Shown piece by piece: positions 17,501-26,982 of a DNA stretch of 45,077 nt (position 1 is its first letter; every line of letters starts with the position of its first letter). The stretch is from a virus (taxonomy: Duplodnaviria; Caudoviricetes). The notes below the pieces were generated by a model that searched no databases, was not told where the DNA came from, and saw nothing but the letters and a program-made list of their open reading frames with translations. The stretch is from the IMG/VR virus record IMGVR_UViG_3300025018_000225, positions 1-45,077 of that record. One strand, written 5' to 3'. A program made the translations under genes and the position numbers.

Positions 17501-18339
17501 GTCGTGATCCTCACGGTCTTGGATCGGACATGGTCGCTCATGCTGCCGACCTGTGCGCCCCGGGCGGTGATCGCCTTCTCGATGGCGTCGGGCCAGCGCT
17601 CGTCAGGTGCGACCCCGGAGGCGGCCTTCCTGACCAGCTCGTTGCCGTGCTTTTCGACCAGGGCCTTCCAGGCTGGCCAGTTGTTCGGCCCTACCTTGCA
17701 GCCTGCCCCCTTGAGCCCCTTGGCCCATGGCTCGCCCTGCTCGAACCTCCAGCGCTCGGGGCTGTCGGCAGGGGGTGGTGGTGGGGTGCCGTGCCCAGGT
17801 GGGAACAGGTCGCCGGTCGACCCGTCCGCGGCCGGCTGTTCGTTCCCTTCCTTCCCTTCAAGCTGTTCGTTCGTTCTAGGGTGGTTGGAGGGCAGTGCGC
17901 CGGCAGTCGGGCGGCAGTCGGGCGGCACCTCACCGGCACCAGGGCGGCAGTCAGATGCCGGGCGCTGTGAAGCCTTGAGCCATCCGATCTTAGGCGAACA
18001 CAGCACGTCGAGGGCGCGGCGGATCTCCTCGACCGGCCGGCGCCAGCGCATTGCGAGGTCCTCAATATCCCAAGCAATGCCAGTTTCGGTCCCGTCGTCG
18101 GTGAGCCAGCCCTTCCGGGGGCGCTCCTGCCGGCTCGCGGCCTGAAGGATCAGGCACCACACGCCGAAGATGGCCGCGCCGTCAGGCTGGGCCATGATGC
18201 GGGTGAAGCCCATGCCGTGCTGCTTGTTCGGCATGGCGACGTAGCTGCACTCGTCGATGTCCCGGCTCTTGTTGTTCTCGAAGTGGTGGTCCCAGCCGGG
18301 GATCTGGTAGACCGTGGTGTCGGTGGCGGCGGTGGTCAT
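17497..18339 (-). CDS. Putative replication initiator
   Basis: N-terminal winged-helix-like region, low-complexity linker, small C-terminal domain; ATGA-coupled to the DnaC-like gene. Confidence 0.6.
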   Translation of the reverse strand: MTTAATDTTVYQIPGWDHHFENNKSRDIDECSYVAMPNKQHGMGFTRIMAQPDGAAIFGVWCLILQAASRQERPRKGWLTDDGTETGIAWDIEDLAMRWRRPVEEIRRALDVLCSPKIGWLKASQRPASDCRPGAGEVPPDCRPTAGALPSNHPRTNEQLEGKEGNEQPAADGSTGDLFPPGHGTPPPPPADSPERWRFEQGEPWAKGLKGAGCKVGPNNWPAWKALVEKHGNELVRKAASGVAPDERWPDAIEKAITARGAQVGSMSDHVRSKTVRITT

Positions 18340-18548
18340 GGTGCGTTGCGGCCCTTCGGATTCCCCTGCACGGCCACGAGGCGGACGAGGATGCCATCGG
18401 CGACGACATCGGGGTAGGTGGTGGTGTAGAGCCTGACGAGGCGCTCGGGCTTGATGGGGACGCCGATCTCGTCGTAGATCCGGCGCGAGACGGCGGCGGC
18501 GTCCTGCCAGTCGTGGGAGAGGAAGCGGCGCAGGTCGTTACTGGTCAC
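18336..18548 (-). CDS. Hypothetical protein
   Basis: 4-nt overlaps with both neighbours. Confidence 0.55.
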   Translation of the reverse strand: MTSNDLRRFLSHDWQDAAAVSRRIYDEIGVPIKPERLVRLYTTTYPDVVADGILVRLVAVQGNPKGRNAP

Positions 18549-18946
18549 GATGCCGCCTTCACGTCGATCAGCTCGACGCTTCCCGGGTGCACGTTGAGGG
18601 TCAGCCCGGCGTACTGCGGCGCATCATCGTCAAAGAGGACGTCGAAGTTGGCAGAGCTGTTATGTCCGACGATGGTGCCGGGGCAGTGCTCAACCTTGAC
18701 CCGCTGGCCGCAGCGCACGGCCGGCATGCCGCGGTAGTGCGCGTTGCGGGCGAACTCGGGCGACGTGTAGGCGGTGCCGATCTTCCGCACCCGGAGACAG
18801 GTGAAGGGGAAGTCGCCAACCTCGCGCAGGTCGCGCCAGCGTTCGGCCTTCGCCTTGCCGGCAGTGCGCGCGTTGATGATGCGCGGGAAGCCATCGCCCT
18901 CTCCGGCGATAGTGGTCTCGAACGCGAAGACGTCGGAGGTCCCCAT
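18545..18946 (-). CDS. Hypothetical protein (possible C-terminal SH3-like barrel)
   Basis: GQRVKV...GTIVGHN..ANFDVLFD...NVHP. Confidence 0.6.
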   Translation of the reverse strand: MGTSDVFAFETTIAGEGDGFPRIINARTAGKAKAERWRDLREVGDFPFTCLRVRKIGTAYTSPEFARNAHYRGMPAVRCGQRVKVEHCPGTIVGHNSSANFDVLFDDDAPQYAGLTLNVHPGSVELIDVKAAS

Positions 18947-18948
18947 GG

Positions 18949-19320
18949 TCAGACTCCAGCCGGCTGGAAGGTGTCGCCCCAGGTGATGAGCACGCCAACG
19001 ACGGGCAGACCACGGGCGGCGATGAAGTGGTCGCGCATGGCGGCCCAGGAGGCGAAGCCGTCGCGCTTGGCCATCTGGTCCAGGTCGGCGACGATGAAGC
19101 CGTCGAGGAGCACGTCGTCGCTACCGACCTCGATGGGCTGGACGCTCTGGCACGTCGCGGTCCCGAGCACGCCCATGGGCGAGCGGTACGCCTTGCCGGT
19201 CCAGTGCCGCAGCGCGAAGGTCTCGCCGGGCTTGACCAGCGTGCGGCCGCGGATGGTCGTCTGCTTGGCGCGCGCGAGGATCAGCGGGTGAAACTTGGGC
19301 AGGAAGGTGTGGTATTTCAC
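18949..19320 (-). CDS. ASCH-domain protein
   Basis: F...IL...KQTTIRG and AKRDGF..W..M..HF; GTG start at 19320. Confidence 0.75.
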   Translation of the reverse strand: MKYHTFLPKFHPLILARAKQTTIRGRTLVKPGETFALRHWTGKAYRSPMGVLGTATCQSVQPIEVGSDDVLLDGFIVADLDQMAKRDGFASWAAMRDHFIAARGLPVVGVLITWGDTFQPAGV

Positions 19321-19673
19321 AGCGGCACCTCGCCGTCCTTGTCGAACAGCTTGGCGCCTGGGATCTCGCCGAGCTCGCGGGCCAGCGTGAGGGGCGGCTT
19401 GTCGCCGCGCGCCTGGTCCTCGATGCGCTGGGCGATCGAGTAGACCGTCCCCTGCTTCTTGATGCTGCGGCCGTAGTTTTCTGCCCAGATGCACAGGATG
19501 CGCAGCTCGTGCCAGTTGATCTTGATCGTGACGTCGTTGGCCACGTCGCAGGGCACGCCGTCGCTCTTGCAGTTGGGGCAGCAGGTCGTCCCGGGTGGCA
19601 GGGGCAGGGCGAACTCGACGCCGCAGTCGGTGCAGCGGATGCGTGCTGGTTCGGTAGTTGGCTGTTCGCTCAT
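19317..19673 (-). CDS. Zn-ribbon hypothetical protein
   Basis: CTDC...CPNC; start MSEQPTT. Confidence 0.6.
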   Translation of the reverse strand: MSEQPTTEPARIRCTDCGVEFALPLPPGTTCCPNCKSDGVPCDVANDVTIKINWHELRILCIWAENYGRSIKKQGTVYSIAQRIEDQARGDKPPLTLARELGEIPGAKLFDKDGEVPL

Positions 19674-19827
19674 GGCTGGATGGTTCCTGGTGTGTGGTGA
19701 ACGGTCAGGCCCCGGCGCTTCCCCGGGCGCGGTGTCCGCCAGGCGTCCCCGGCAGGCCTGCGGCTCGATGTCACGTCCTGGCCGCTCCGTCACCGTCTAC
19801 CGTTGGGCGTAGGCGGTGCCGGAACGG

Positions 19828-21060
19828 TCAGGCTCCGTCGCCGCCCTCTTCCTGTCCGTCGTCCTTCTCGCCTTCGGCCGGCGCCTGTTCGAGCTGGTCA
19901 TCCCAGACGATCAGGGCGTCGCTCTTGGGGCCGACGATTAGCTTCTTCTTGCCGAGCTTCACGACGCGGCCGCAGAACTCGCCGCCGGTCTGGCGCTGGA
20001 CCTTGGCCTCGTCGGTCTGGTCGATGCCTTCGACCGTGCGGCCTTACTTCGCCTCATGGCCGATGCTCGCCCACTCGTCCTTGCTGTAGAGCGGCAGCAT
20101 CAGGAAGTGCGACTCGCCGACCGCATCGGCGACGAGGTAGTCGCGCTCGTAGAGGTTCAGCACGCAGCCGGCGACGTTGAGGGCCGTGCCGCGGCGCAGC
20201 TTTTCGCGCTCGTTGTCGTCCAGGGTGGAGCCCAGCAGGTCGAGCTCGGCCTTGCCCAGGTCCTTGGCGCTCTTGATCGGCGCCTTCTCGGCACCCTCGA
20301 AGAGCGGCGCGCCGGCCTTCACTTCGGCTTGTTTCTGCGCCCAATCATAGCCGCGCTGCCAGTCGGCCTTCTGCGGGTCGTCGCGGTAGGGGTTTATGGC
20401 CTCGGCCTTGCCGGCGTCGAAGGTGCGGAAGCCCTGCTCGTAGGCCGTGACGTCGCCGCTGATGGTCTCCTGCTTGCCATCGGCCATGCTGGTCTGGACG
20501 TCGCCGCGCACGAAGGCCGCGAGCTTCTTGTTGGCCGCGGCCAGGTGCTCCTTGGCGGCGCTCAGGTCGTTCTTGGCCGCCTCGACATCGGCCTCGCAGG
20601 CGGTCACCTCGCCAGCCAGTTCCTTCTCCAGGCGGACCCGCTCCTTGTGGGCGCGGAGCTCGTCGTCCTTCTTCTGGTTGTCGAGCTGCGACAGCTCCAG
20701 GGCGAGCTGGGCCGCGGCGACCAGCGAGCGCCAGCCGATGACGTCCTTGGCCAGGATCTGGAGGGCGGCGTCGCCCTGGGCGTGGACGGTGATACCGAAG
20801 GCGGTGGGTGCCGCCGGCATGGTGTCGGTGATGAGGTCGCCGGAGGCGAGAGCGCGCACCAGGACGGCCAGCTTGGTCAGCAGACCCTCGACGTGCTGGA
20901 AGGCCTCGGGCAGTTCGCCGATGAGGTCGCTGGAGCGCTCGATCGGGTGGCCTGCTTCGCTGCGCGTGCAGATGGCGGTGAAGGTTGCGACGGCGAGCTG
21001 GAGCTGGTCCTCGTTCGAGGGGACAGCCGGAGCCGGCGCGGGTTCGGTGGTGGTGGTCAT
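19828..21060 (-). CDS. Coiled-coil hypothetical protein interrupted by an in-frame TAA at 20044-20046
   Basis: 338-aa ORF; the same frame stays open for 71 more codons with typical codon usage. Confidence 0.6.
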
Positions 21061-21065
21061 GTGGA

Positions 21066-21584
21066 TCAGGTCCTTGGGCCTGGTGGTGGTGCGTTCGTGA
21101 GAGCCGCGCGGGATGCGCGGTCGAGCTGTCTAGCCCGCTCGATGGGGAGAGGTGAACCCTTGCGCCATTCGTCGGTGACGCTGGGGAAGTGGATGAAGCA
21201 GACCTCGACGACTGGCTCGAAGCGGACCCATGCGACGAAGCACAGGGCGCCGGCCCGGTGCCAGCGGAGGAGGTTGCTGCGCTGGTGGTCCTTGAGCTCG
21301 GACAGGCTCAGGCGGTCGCCGTCGTCGTGCTTCGACTCGACGAGGATCGCGCGGCCGCTGGGCTGCTGCACGCCGAATAGGTCGCCGAGGACCTTGGCCA
21401 TCGGTGTCGCGCCGACGATCTGCGTTCCGTTGCCATCGGCGCGCGGTCGACGCATCACGCGCCAGCCGGTCTCGATCTGCTCGACCTCGATACCCATGCC
21501 GCGAAGCTGGATCTCGACGATGTTCTCGGCGGTCTGGCCGGCCTGCTTGTTGAGGCGGCCACGGAGGTGGGCGTCGGGGTTCAT
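21066..21584 (-). CDS. RecU-like Holliday junction resolvase / PD-(D/E)XK nuclease
   Basis: G..AE...GDLFG...GRAILVESK...LKDHQ..L...GALCFV. Confidence 0.65.
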   Translation of the reverse strand: MNPDAHLRGRLNKQAGQTAENIVEIQLRGMGIEVEQIETGWRVMRRPRADGNGTQIVGATPMAKVLGDLFGVQQPSGRAILVESKHDDGDRLSLSELKDHQRSNLLRWHRAGALCFVAWVRFEPVVEVCFIHFPSVTDEWRKGSPLPIERARQLDRASRAALTNAPPPGPRT

Positions 21585-21775
21585 GACGGGATCCCATCTG
21601 CCCACTGGAAGTGCTGCTTGGCGGTATCGGTCCACTCGTCGCCAGTCAGCAGGCGCAGGGCCTGCTCCATGTGGTGCTGCTTGTGGTGCGCGCCATCCGT
21701 GACGAGACCGTTCATCAGCTCCTTGACGACCTCGTCGAGCTTCTGCGGGTCGGCCATGACGATCGAGCGCTTCAC
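21581..21775 (-). CDS. Hypothetical protein
   Basis: DGAHHKQ motif; 4-nt overlaps. Confidence 0.55.
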   Translation of the reverse strand: MKRSIVMADPQKLDEVVKELMNGLVTDGAHHKQHHMEQALRLLTGDEWTDTAKQHFQWADGIPS

Positions 21776-22050
21776 GGACGCACCTCGACCAGGCGCACGC
21801 GCTTCCCGCTGACGTGGTCCTTGGTGCTGCCGACCTCGCGCAAGATCAGGTCGTCGATCAGGTCCGTGATGCGCGGACGCACCTTGTTCATGTCCTGGTA
21901 GCCCAGCCGCTCGGCGATCTGGCGATCGGTCTGCGGCAGGCCGGCGGCAACATAGGCGTCGACGATCTGGCGCTCGCGCTCGCCGACGTCCAGCGTCCCG
22001 AGGGCGCGCAGGCTGTTGGCATGCATCTGGTGGTCGGGATGGTCACCCAC
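21772..22050 (-). CDS. Winged-helix DNA-binding protein
   Basis: TDRQIAERLG...VRPRITDL; GAGGAGG SD before the GTG at 22050. Confidence 0.7.
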   Translation of the reverse strand: MGDHPDHQMHANSLRALGTLDVGERERQIVDAYVAAGLPQTDRQIAERLGYQDMNKVRPRITDLIDDLILREVGSTKDHVSGKRVRLVEVRP

Positions 22051-22981
22051 GGGAAGCCTCCTCGCTGGCCGCGGCCTGGTTCTGGGCGGCCCAGAGCTTG
22101 CTGATCTCGCGGGCGTCCTCGGCGAAGCGGCGCGCGATGGCGGCATCCTTGGCGAGCTGGATGCGATCGGGGACGGCGTCGCCGAAGAGGGCGAGCTGGT
22201 CGTTGGCGTACATGAGTTGCTCCCGTGCAGCACGGCAGAAGAGAAGGGCGCGGCAGTAGCGGCAGGCGTCGATGTCGGGCTTGATCTCGGGCTCGTCGGT
22301 CCAGGCGGCAGCGACCGCGGCGAGGATGCGCTGGCGCACGGCCTCGATGGCGCTGGCGGTGTAGTGCGCGCTGCTGAACTCCTGGCGGCGGCCCTGGGCC
22401 AGGTGGACGGTCACGCCCTGGCGCGGCTTGTACTTGTCCCAGGCCATGACGGCGTAGGCGCCGAGCTGGAGGTGATCGGCGGCGTGGCCCTGGTCGAGCC
22501 AGCCCAGCTTCCAGTCGGCGACGATGACATGGACGATCTCGTCGGTCTGGGCGTCGTGGCAGAGGATGATCAGGTCGGCAGTCCCGCCGCGGGCGATGTG
22601 CACGCCATGGCCGCTCAGGTGCATTTCGATCTGGATGGTGATGCGCCAGCCCTGGCCCATGGCCTGGTCGACGAGGGCGACGGCGTAGGCGACGCAGCGG
22701 CGGACGGCATCCTTGGTCCAGTCCTCCAGCTTGGACATGGCCATGCTCATCTGGTTGAGCGCGTCCTCGGGCAGGGTCCAACCGCCGGGCTGCTGGTAGG
22801 TCAGAGCCAGCGTCTGGGCGACGACGGTGTGGCCCTGGGTTCCCTGCTCGGCCGCCGGCCGGCTGATCTGGTCGATAGCCGGGACCGCAGTGACGGCGCG
22901 CCACTCCATCAGGGGCTTGCCGTTGCACAGCTCGATGGCCCCCATGTTGCTGGGCCTGATGAAGTCGGCGCGGTCGCTCAC
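22043..22981 (-). CDS. PD-(D/E)XK (Cas4/RecB-like) exonuclease
   Basis: RPS...C, GT.GH, GTADL, DWKLG, QL.AYA, CRYC...C. Confidence 0.8.
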   Translation of the reverse strand: MSDRADFIRPSNMGAIELCNGKPLMEWRAVTAVPAIDQISRPAAEQGTQGHTVVAQTLALTYQQPGGWTLPEDALNQMSMAMSKLEDWTKDAVRRCVAYAVALVDQAMGQGWRITIQIEMHLSGHGVHIARGGTADLIILCHDAQTDEIVHVIVADWKLGWLDQGHAADHLQLGAYAVMAWDKYKPRQGVTVHLAQGRRQEFSSAHYTASAIEAVRQRILAAVAAAWTDEPEIKPDIDACRYCRALLFCRAAREQLMYANDQLALFGDAVPDRIQLAKDAAIARRFAEDAREISKLWAAQNQAAASEEASRG

Positions 22982-23250
22982 TTCGCCTTGCCCTTCTTCG
23001 CTACGCTGGCGAAGTGCTGGGCCAGCTTTTCGCGGTGCTCGGCGGCCATCGCACGGTGGCGGATCTCAGACATGGCCTGGAGCGACACGCGAAAGCGACG
23101 CAGAGCCTCAATGTGACGCTCGCCCAGCTCGGCCGAGGTGCCGCGATCCTGGCAGGCAGTCAGCCGGCCCTTGATGAACCAAATGATGTCAGCCAGGGCT
23201 TCACTGTCGGTGCTGTCGGCTTCGATCTGGGGCAGTGGAACGTCGGGCAT
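22978..23250 (-). CDS. Hypothetical protein
   Basis: MPDVPLPQ..., packed between neighbours. Confidence 0.55.
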   Translation of the reverse strand: MPDVPLPQIEADSTDSEALADIIWFIKGRLTACQDRGTSAELGERHIEALRRFRVSLQAMSEIRHRAMAAEHREKLAQHFASVAKKGKAK

Positions 23251-23251
23251 G

Positions 23252-24034
23252 TCAGCGGCCGCCCGCCGAGGCGAAGCCCTCGACCGTGTCCAAGGTGCAG
23301 CCAGGAACTGCGACGCCGGCATCGAGGAGCTTCTTGATCGCCTTCTCGTCAGGGATCAGCAGGACGGCGCCGGCGATCTCGCGCGGGATCTTGCTGGCGT
23401 CGATGATCTTGAGGACCTTGCGTGTGCTGCCGCGGACGGCCATCTTGGGCAGCGGCGCGGCGACCGCGGTCTTCTCGACCACGGGCACGACGACGGCGGC
23501 CGGCGGCGGTTCTGGCGCCGGCGGCAGGGCCTCGGGCTCGGTGCCGAAGAGCTCGGCCCGTTCCTTCGCCTCACGCTCCTGGGCGGCGCGCTCCTCCTGC
23601 TGCTTGCGGATGATCTCCTGGCGCTCTTTCTCCAGACGCTCGCGCTCGGCCTTGGCCTTCGCCTCGGCTTCCTCGCGCGCCTTGCGCTCGGCCTCTAGGC
23701 GCTCGGCCTCCAGACGCTTCTGGCAGTTGAAGAGCCGCTTGCCCAGCTCGGCGCGCGCCTCGTCCAGCGGGGTCGTGGCCTGAGCCTCGGCCACCATGAT
23801 CGCCTTCTTAAAGGCGTCGATCGGGCGCGTGATCTCCAGGCGGCCAGCCTCGATGCCCTTCTTGAGGGCGTCGATCTTGCGGAAGAGGTCACTGCCCTTC
23901 GCCAGTGTGTCGGCGTCGGTGACCTCCATGGCCTTGGCCTCGACGGTCAGGGCCTGGACCTGCGCCATCGTCTCGTCCTTGAGGGCGACGATCTCGGCGG
24001 GCAGGGTGTTCTTGACGATGACGGCGGCGCTCAC
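23252..24034 (-). CDS. Coiled-coil recombination-module protein (Gam/Gp157-like)
   Basis: Long coiled coil with C-terminal IIDASKIPRE...PDEKAIKKLLDAG..VPG; GTG start at 24034. Confidence 0.6.
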   Translation of the reverse strand: MSAAVIVKNTLPAEIVALKDETMAQVQALTVEAKAMEVTDADTLAKGSDLFRKIDALKKGIEAGRLEITRPIDAFKKAIMVAEAQATTPLDEARAELGKRLFNCQKRLEAERLEAERKAREEAEAKAKAERERLEKERQEIIRKQQEERAAQEREAKERAELFGTEPEALPPAPEPPPAAVVVPVVEKTAVAAPLPKMAVRGSTRKVLKIIDASKIPREIAGAVLLIPDEKAIKKLLDAGVAVPGCTLDTVEGFASAGGR

Positions 24035-24915
24035 TTGGCACCGCCCTTCTTCGCGGACTTCACCTTCGGCCAGGTCTTCGCCATGGCCCGGCAGGCGGCG
24101 AGCGCCGCCTTGCACTCGGCCAGCCAGCGCGAGGCGGTCGGATCTACGCCGTTTTCGCCACCCTTGCCGTACCGGCTCTCGATGCGAGCCAGGTAGTCGC
24201 GCTCGATGCCGATGAAGCAGCCGCAGCTATAGACGATCACCGTCCCCTTCTCGGTCTTGGCGTGGAAGGCGTAGACCGTACGGCGACCATTGCCAACCGG
24301 GCCGGCGAAGGCGATGTCGCTGGTCGCGGCGATGAAGCCGCCTCCGAGGCGGGCACCGTCGAGGCGGGCACCGACGAGGCTGGCACCGTCGAGGCTGGCA
24401 CCGACGAGGCTGGCACCGACGAGGCGGGCACCGTCGAGGCGGGCACCGTCGAGGCGGGCACCGTCGAGGCGGGCACCGTCGAGGCTGGCACCGTCGAGGC
24501 TGGCACCGTCGAGGCTGGCACCGTCGAGGCTGGCACCGTCGAGGCTGGCACCGACGAGGCTGGCACCGACGAGGCTGGCACCGACGAGGCTGGCACCGAC
24601 GAGGCTGGCACCGACGAGGCTGGCACCGACGAGGCGGGCACCGACGAGGCTGGCACCGTCGAGGCGGGCACCGTCGAGGCGGGCACCGTCGAGGCTGGCA
24701 CCGTCGAGGCGGGCACCGTCGAGGCTGGCACCGTCGAGGCTGGCACCGAACGGGAGCACCACGTCGGGCAGGTACGCATCGTGCAGGTCTGCCTTCGCCG
24801 CAACCGCCTCCAGCAGCGCGTCGGCTGCGGTGGTGGCCTTGGTCGCCTGGTAGACGACGCGGTCGCTCCAGCGGTGCTTGATCTTGTAGGGGACGGCGTT
24901 GGAGGTCTCGGTCAC
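24031..24915 (-). CDS. Pentapeptide-repeat protein
   Basis: About 27 A(S/R)L(D/V)G repeats, N-terminal IKHRWS and C-terminal CGCF motifs; GTG start at 24915. Confidence 0.9.
   Translation of the reverse strand: MTETSNAVPYKIKHRWSDRVVYQATKATTAADALLEAVAAKADLHDAYLPDVVLPFGASLDGASLDGARLDGASLDGARLDGARLDGASLVGARLVGASLVGASLVGASLVGASLVGASLVGASLDGASLDGASLDGASLDGASLDGARLDGARLDGARLDGARLVGASLVGASLDGASLVGARLDGARLGGGFIAATSDIAFAGPVGNGRRTVYAFHAKTEKGTVIVYSCGCFIGIERDYLARIESRYGKGGENGVDPTASRWLAECKAALAACRAMAKTWPKVKSAKKGGAK
24345..24748. repeat. 15-bp tandem array, about 27 units
   Basis: Unit GGTGCC(A/C)GCCTCG(A/T)C on the minus strand. Confidence 0.95.
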
Positions 24916-25898
24916 GCTGCACCGCCTTCCTGCGCGGCGAGGCGCTCCCACTCGGCCAGCGTCTCCTCCATGCGCTGCGGCTCGGCGATCAGCTTCTGGA
25001 GCTCGGCGACGTCCTTGCCGAAGCCGTCGAGCTTCGCGGCCGGGATGTCCTTGGGCGCGAACTTGGCCAGCTCGGCGGCCGGCATGTCGGCCGGGGCGTA
25101 GAGCTTGGCGAGGCGGTCGAGGACCTTCTTGCCGCGGCCCTTCTCCAGCTTTTCCAGGGCCTGCCACAGCAGGATGCCGGCGGCTTGGGCCGGATGAGCG
25201 GGACCGCGGTGCGGGGTGGTAGCGGCCGGCTGCTGGCTCGCGGGCGGCGGATCGGCGGGCTTCTGCTCGGCACCGGTCGGAGCCTCTCCGGTGCGCGCAG
25301 GTTCGACGGCAGGCAGGTCGGTGCCGACGACGGTGGCCTCGACAGTGCGGATCTCTTCCGCCTCGTCCGGGGTGTAGACGCCGAGGATCGCCTCGGGGGC
25401 GTAGAGGCGAGCCCACTGGCGCGTCCCGCGATAGACGAGCTGCGTCTCGGGCTGCTTGTCCCAGGGGCTGCCGTTGCCGTGCGTGCGCCAGTCCTTGACC
25501 GTGCCAGTCAGGACGGCCGGCTTCTTCGCGCCCTTGGGCGTTCCGGTGACGACGATGCTGGCGTCCTGGCCCTTGCCGCTGATCTCGTAGGTGAGGCGGC
25601 CCTCAATCGCGCCCATGGCCTGGAGCACGGCGGCGACTAGCTTGCCCTCGTAGCACATGCGGCCGTGGACGAGGCTGGTGCATTCGGCGACGGCGAAGGG
25701 ATCCATCCGCCACTTCGCGGCCTGGACCACGATGCGGAAGCAGTCGCTGGGCTTGTTCTGGAGGTGCTGCGGCAGCGTGCCGCACTTGGCCATGCAGGCG
25801 GCCAGGCGCTCGACGCCCTCGAAGGTGGTGATGGCGTTCTCAAGGAAGCCGAGGGAAGAGCCGGTCGAGGGGACCGACAGTGCGGAAGATTCAGCCAT
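24912..25898 (-). CDS. recT: RecT-family single-strand annealing protein
   Basis: LPQHL.NKPSDC...QA..W.MDPFAVA, W..QP..QL.Y...R.WARLY.PE.ILGVYTPDE. Confidence 0.8.
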   Translation of the reverse strand: MAESSALSVPSTGSSLGFLENAITTFEGVERLAACMAKCGTLPQHLQNKPSDCFRIVVQAAKWRMDPFAVAECTSLVHGRMCYEGKLVAAVLQAMGAIEGRLTYEISGKGQDASIVVTGTPKGAKKPAVLTGTVKDWRTHGNGSPWDKQPETQLVYRGTRQWARLYAPEAILGVYTPDEAEEIRTVEATVVGTDLPAVEPARTGEAPTGAEQKPADPPPASQQPAATTPHRGPAHPAQAAGILLWQALEKLEKGRGKKVLDRLAKLYAPADMPAAELAKFAPKDIPAAKLDGFGKDVAELQKLIAEPQRMEETLAEWERLAAQEGGAA

Positions 25899-26505
25899 GG
25901 GGTGCTCCGTGGTGGTGAGCGGTGGATGTGACGAGGCGGGAAGGATCAGGACGTCGGTTGCAGGGCCTTGGCGCGCTGGAGCTCGCGGATGAGCTGCTTC
26001 GATTCGGCCGACTGCTCGATCTCGCTGGCGTCGCGGCGCGCGGCTTCATTGGCGCAGGCGCGCACGAGGTCGATCTTGGGGCCGGGGCTGGCGAGACGGG
26101 CGAGGAAGGGGGAGAGGCGCATGGTGGTTCCGGTGGTTCAGCGGAGCGGAGGCAGAAGGCGGCGATCAGGCAGAGCGCGGCGCCGATGAGGCCGACGGCC
26201 AGCGGCGTGATGTCGTCTTCCAGTTCGGCGCCGCTGCGGTCCTCGCCGCCCTTGATGCCGGGCATGCTCGGCTTGCTGGTCGCGGTGATGCGGCGCACGG
26301 GGCGCAGCTCGATCGGGTCATCGCCGGGGACCATCTGCGGCGCGATGGCGGCGACCTGCGCAAAGCGGCCGGCCTCGCTGGCGGTCAACTCGCGGCCCAT
26401 GATCTGCTCGACGTGGGCGATAGACTGGCGGCGCTCGTCCTCGGGCAGGTGCTGCTCGCTGGCTTTGCTGAACTTATCGACGTTCTCGAAGGGGATCAGG
26501 CGCAT
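25891..26505 (-). CDS. Hypothetical protein with one hydrophobic segment
   Basis: GAGGAA SD, MRLIPFENV...LAVGLIGAALCLIAAFCL; its 3' part overlaps another ORF and is doubtful. Confidence 0.45.
   Translation of the reverse strand: MRLIPFENVDKFSKASEQHLPEDERRQSIAHVEQIMGRELTASEAGRFAQVAAIAPQMVPGDDPIELRPVRRITATSKPSMPGIKGGEDRSGAELEDDITPLAVGLIGAALCLIAAFCLRSAEPPEPPCASPPSSPVSPAPAPRSTSCAPAPMKPRAATPARSSSRPNRSSSSASSSAPRPCNRRPDPSRLVTSTAHHHGAPHG
25946..26122 (-). CDS. Hypothetical protein (58 aa)
   Basis: MRLSPFLARLASPG...; not in the ORF track. Confidence 0.4.
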   Translation of the reverse strand: MRLSPFLARLASPGPKIDLVRACANEAARRDASEIEQSAESKQLIRELQRAKALQPTS

Positions 26506-26672
26506 GTGGCTTCCTCGGTTTCGGGTTCGTCGAGCGGGACGCCGCAGCGGGGGCATCCGCCGCACATGCCGTCAGAGCACGACGCGGCGCGCTCGCGGCG
26601 CGGCCGGTAGTAGGCGCGCAACTCGGCAGGGCTGAGGACGTCCTCGGGGCTCAGGTCGTCGCGGTCGATCAC
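26496..26672 (-). CDS. Small Cys-rich protein
   Basis: CSDGMCGGCPRC; GTGA overlap. Confidence 0.5.
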   Translation of the reverse strand: MIDRDDLSPEDVLSPAELRAYYRPRRERAASCSDGMCGGCPRCGVPLDEPETEEATCA

Positions 26673-26800
26673 GCTGCACCGGCCTTGCGACGCTGACGGC
26701 GCAGACGCTTGCCCTCGGCGGCGAGCCAGCGCAGGGTCGCGTCGTAGGTGTGACCGGCCGGGCGCGGCACGAAGCGGATCTCGACGGTGCGCTGCCTCAT
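26669..26800 (-). CDS. 43-aa basic protein
   Basis: MRQRTVEIRFVPRPAGHTYDATLRWLAAEGKRLRRQRRKAGAA; ATGA-coupled to the Cro-like gene. Confidence 0.5.
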   Translation of the reverse strand: MRQRTVEIRFVPRPAGHTYDATLRWLAAEGKRLRRQRRKAGAA

Positions 26801-26982
26801 GGCGCGGCCTTCGCCAGCTTGGCCTTGGCGGCGGCCAGCGCCCGATCCCAGGCACGGGCCATGATCGGGTTGTTGGGGCGACTCTTATTCGCCAGCCAAT
26901 GACGGATGGATCGCTCGCTGAACGTCGTGCGCGCCAGGATCTCGCGCATGATCGGGTAGTTGGGGCCTTGTGGTCTCGGCAT
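26797..26982 (-). CDS. Cro-like HTH regulator
   Basis: 61 aa, EILARTTFSERSIRHWLANKSRP; first gene of the early operon, divergent from the XRE gene. Confidence 0.65.
   Translation of the reverse strand: MPRPQGPNYPIMREILARTTFSERSIRHWLANKSRPNNPIMARAWDRALAAAKAKLAKAAP

Noticed and set aside
20044-20046. Genome-wide stop-codon reassignment
   Set aside because: TAA, TAG and TGA all end other genes normally; this is a single case
24345-24748. CRISPR array
   Set aside because: Contiguous 15-bp coding repeats with no spacers; the Cas4-like gene fits the RecT recombination module
24227-25101. RRCQP, VPAST and EAGTV repeat ORFs in other frames
   Set aside because: Alternative-frame readings of the pentapeptide array
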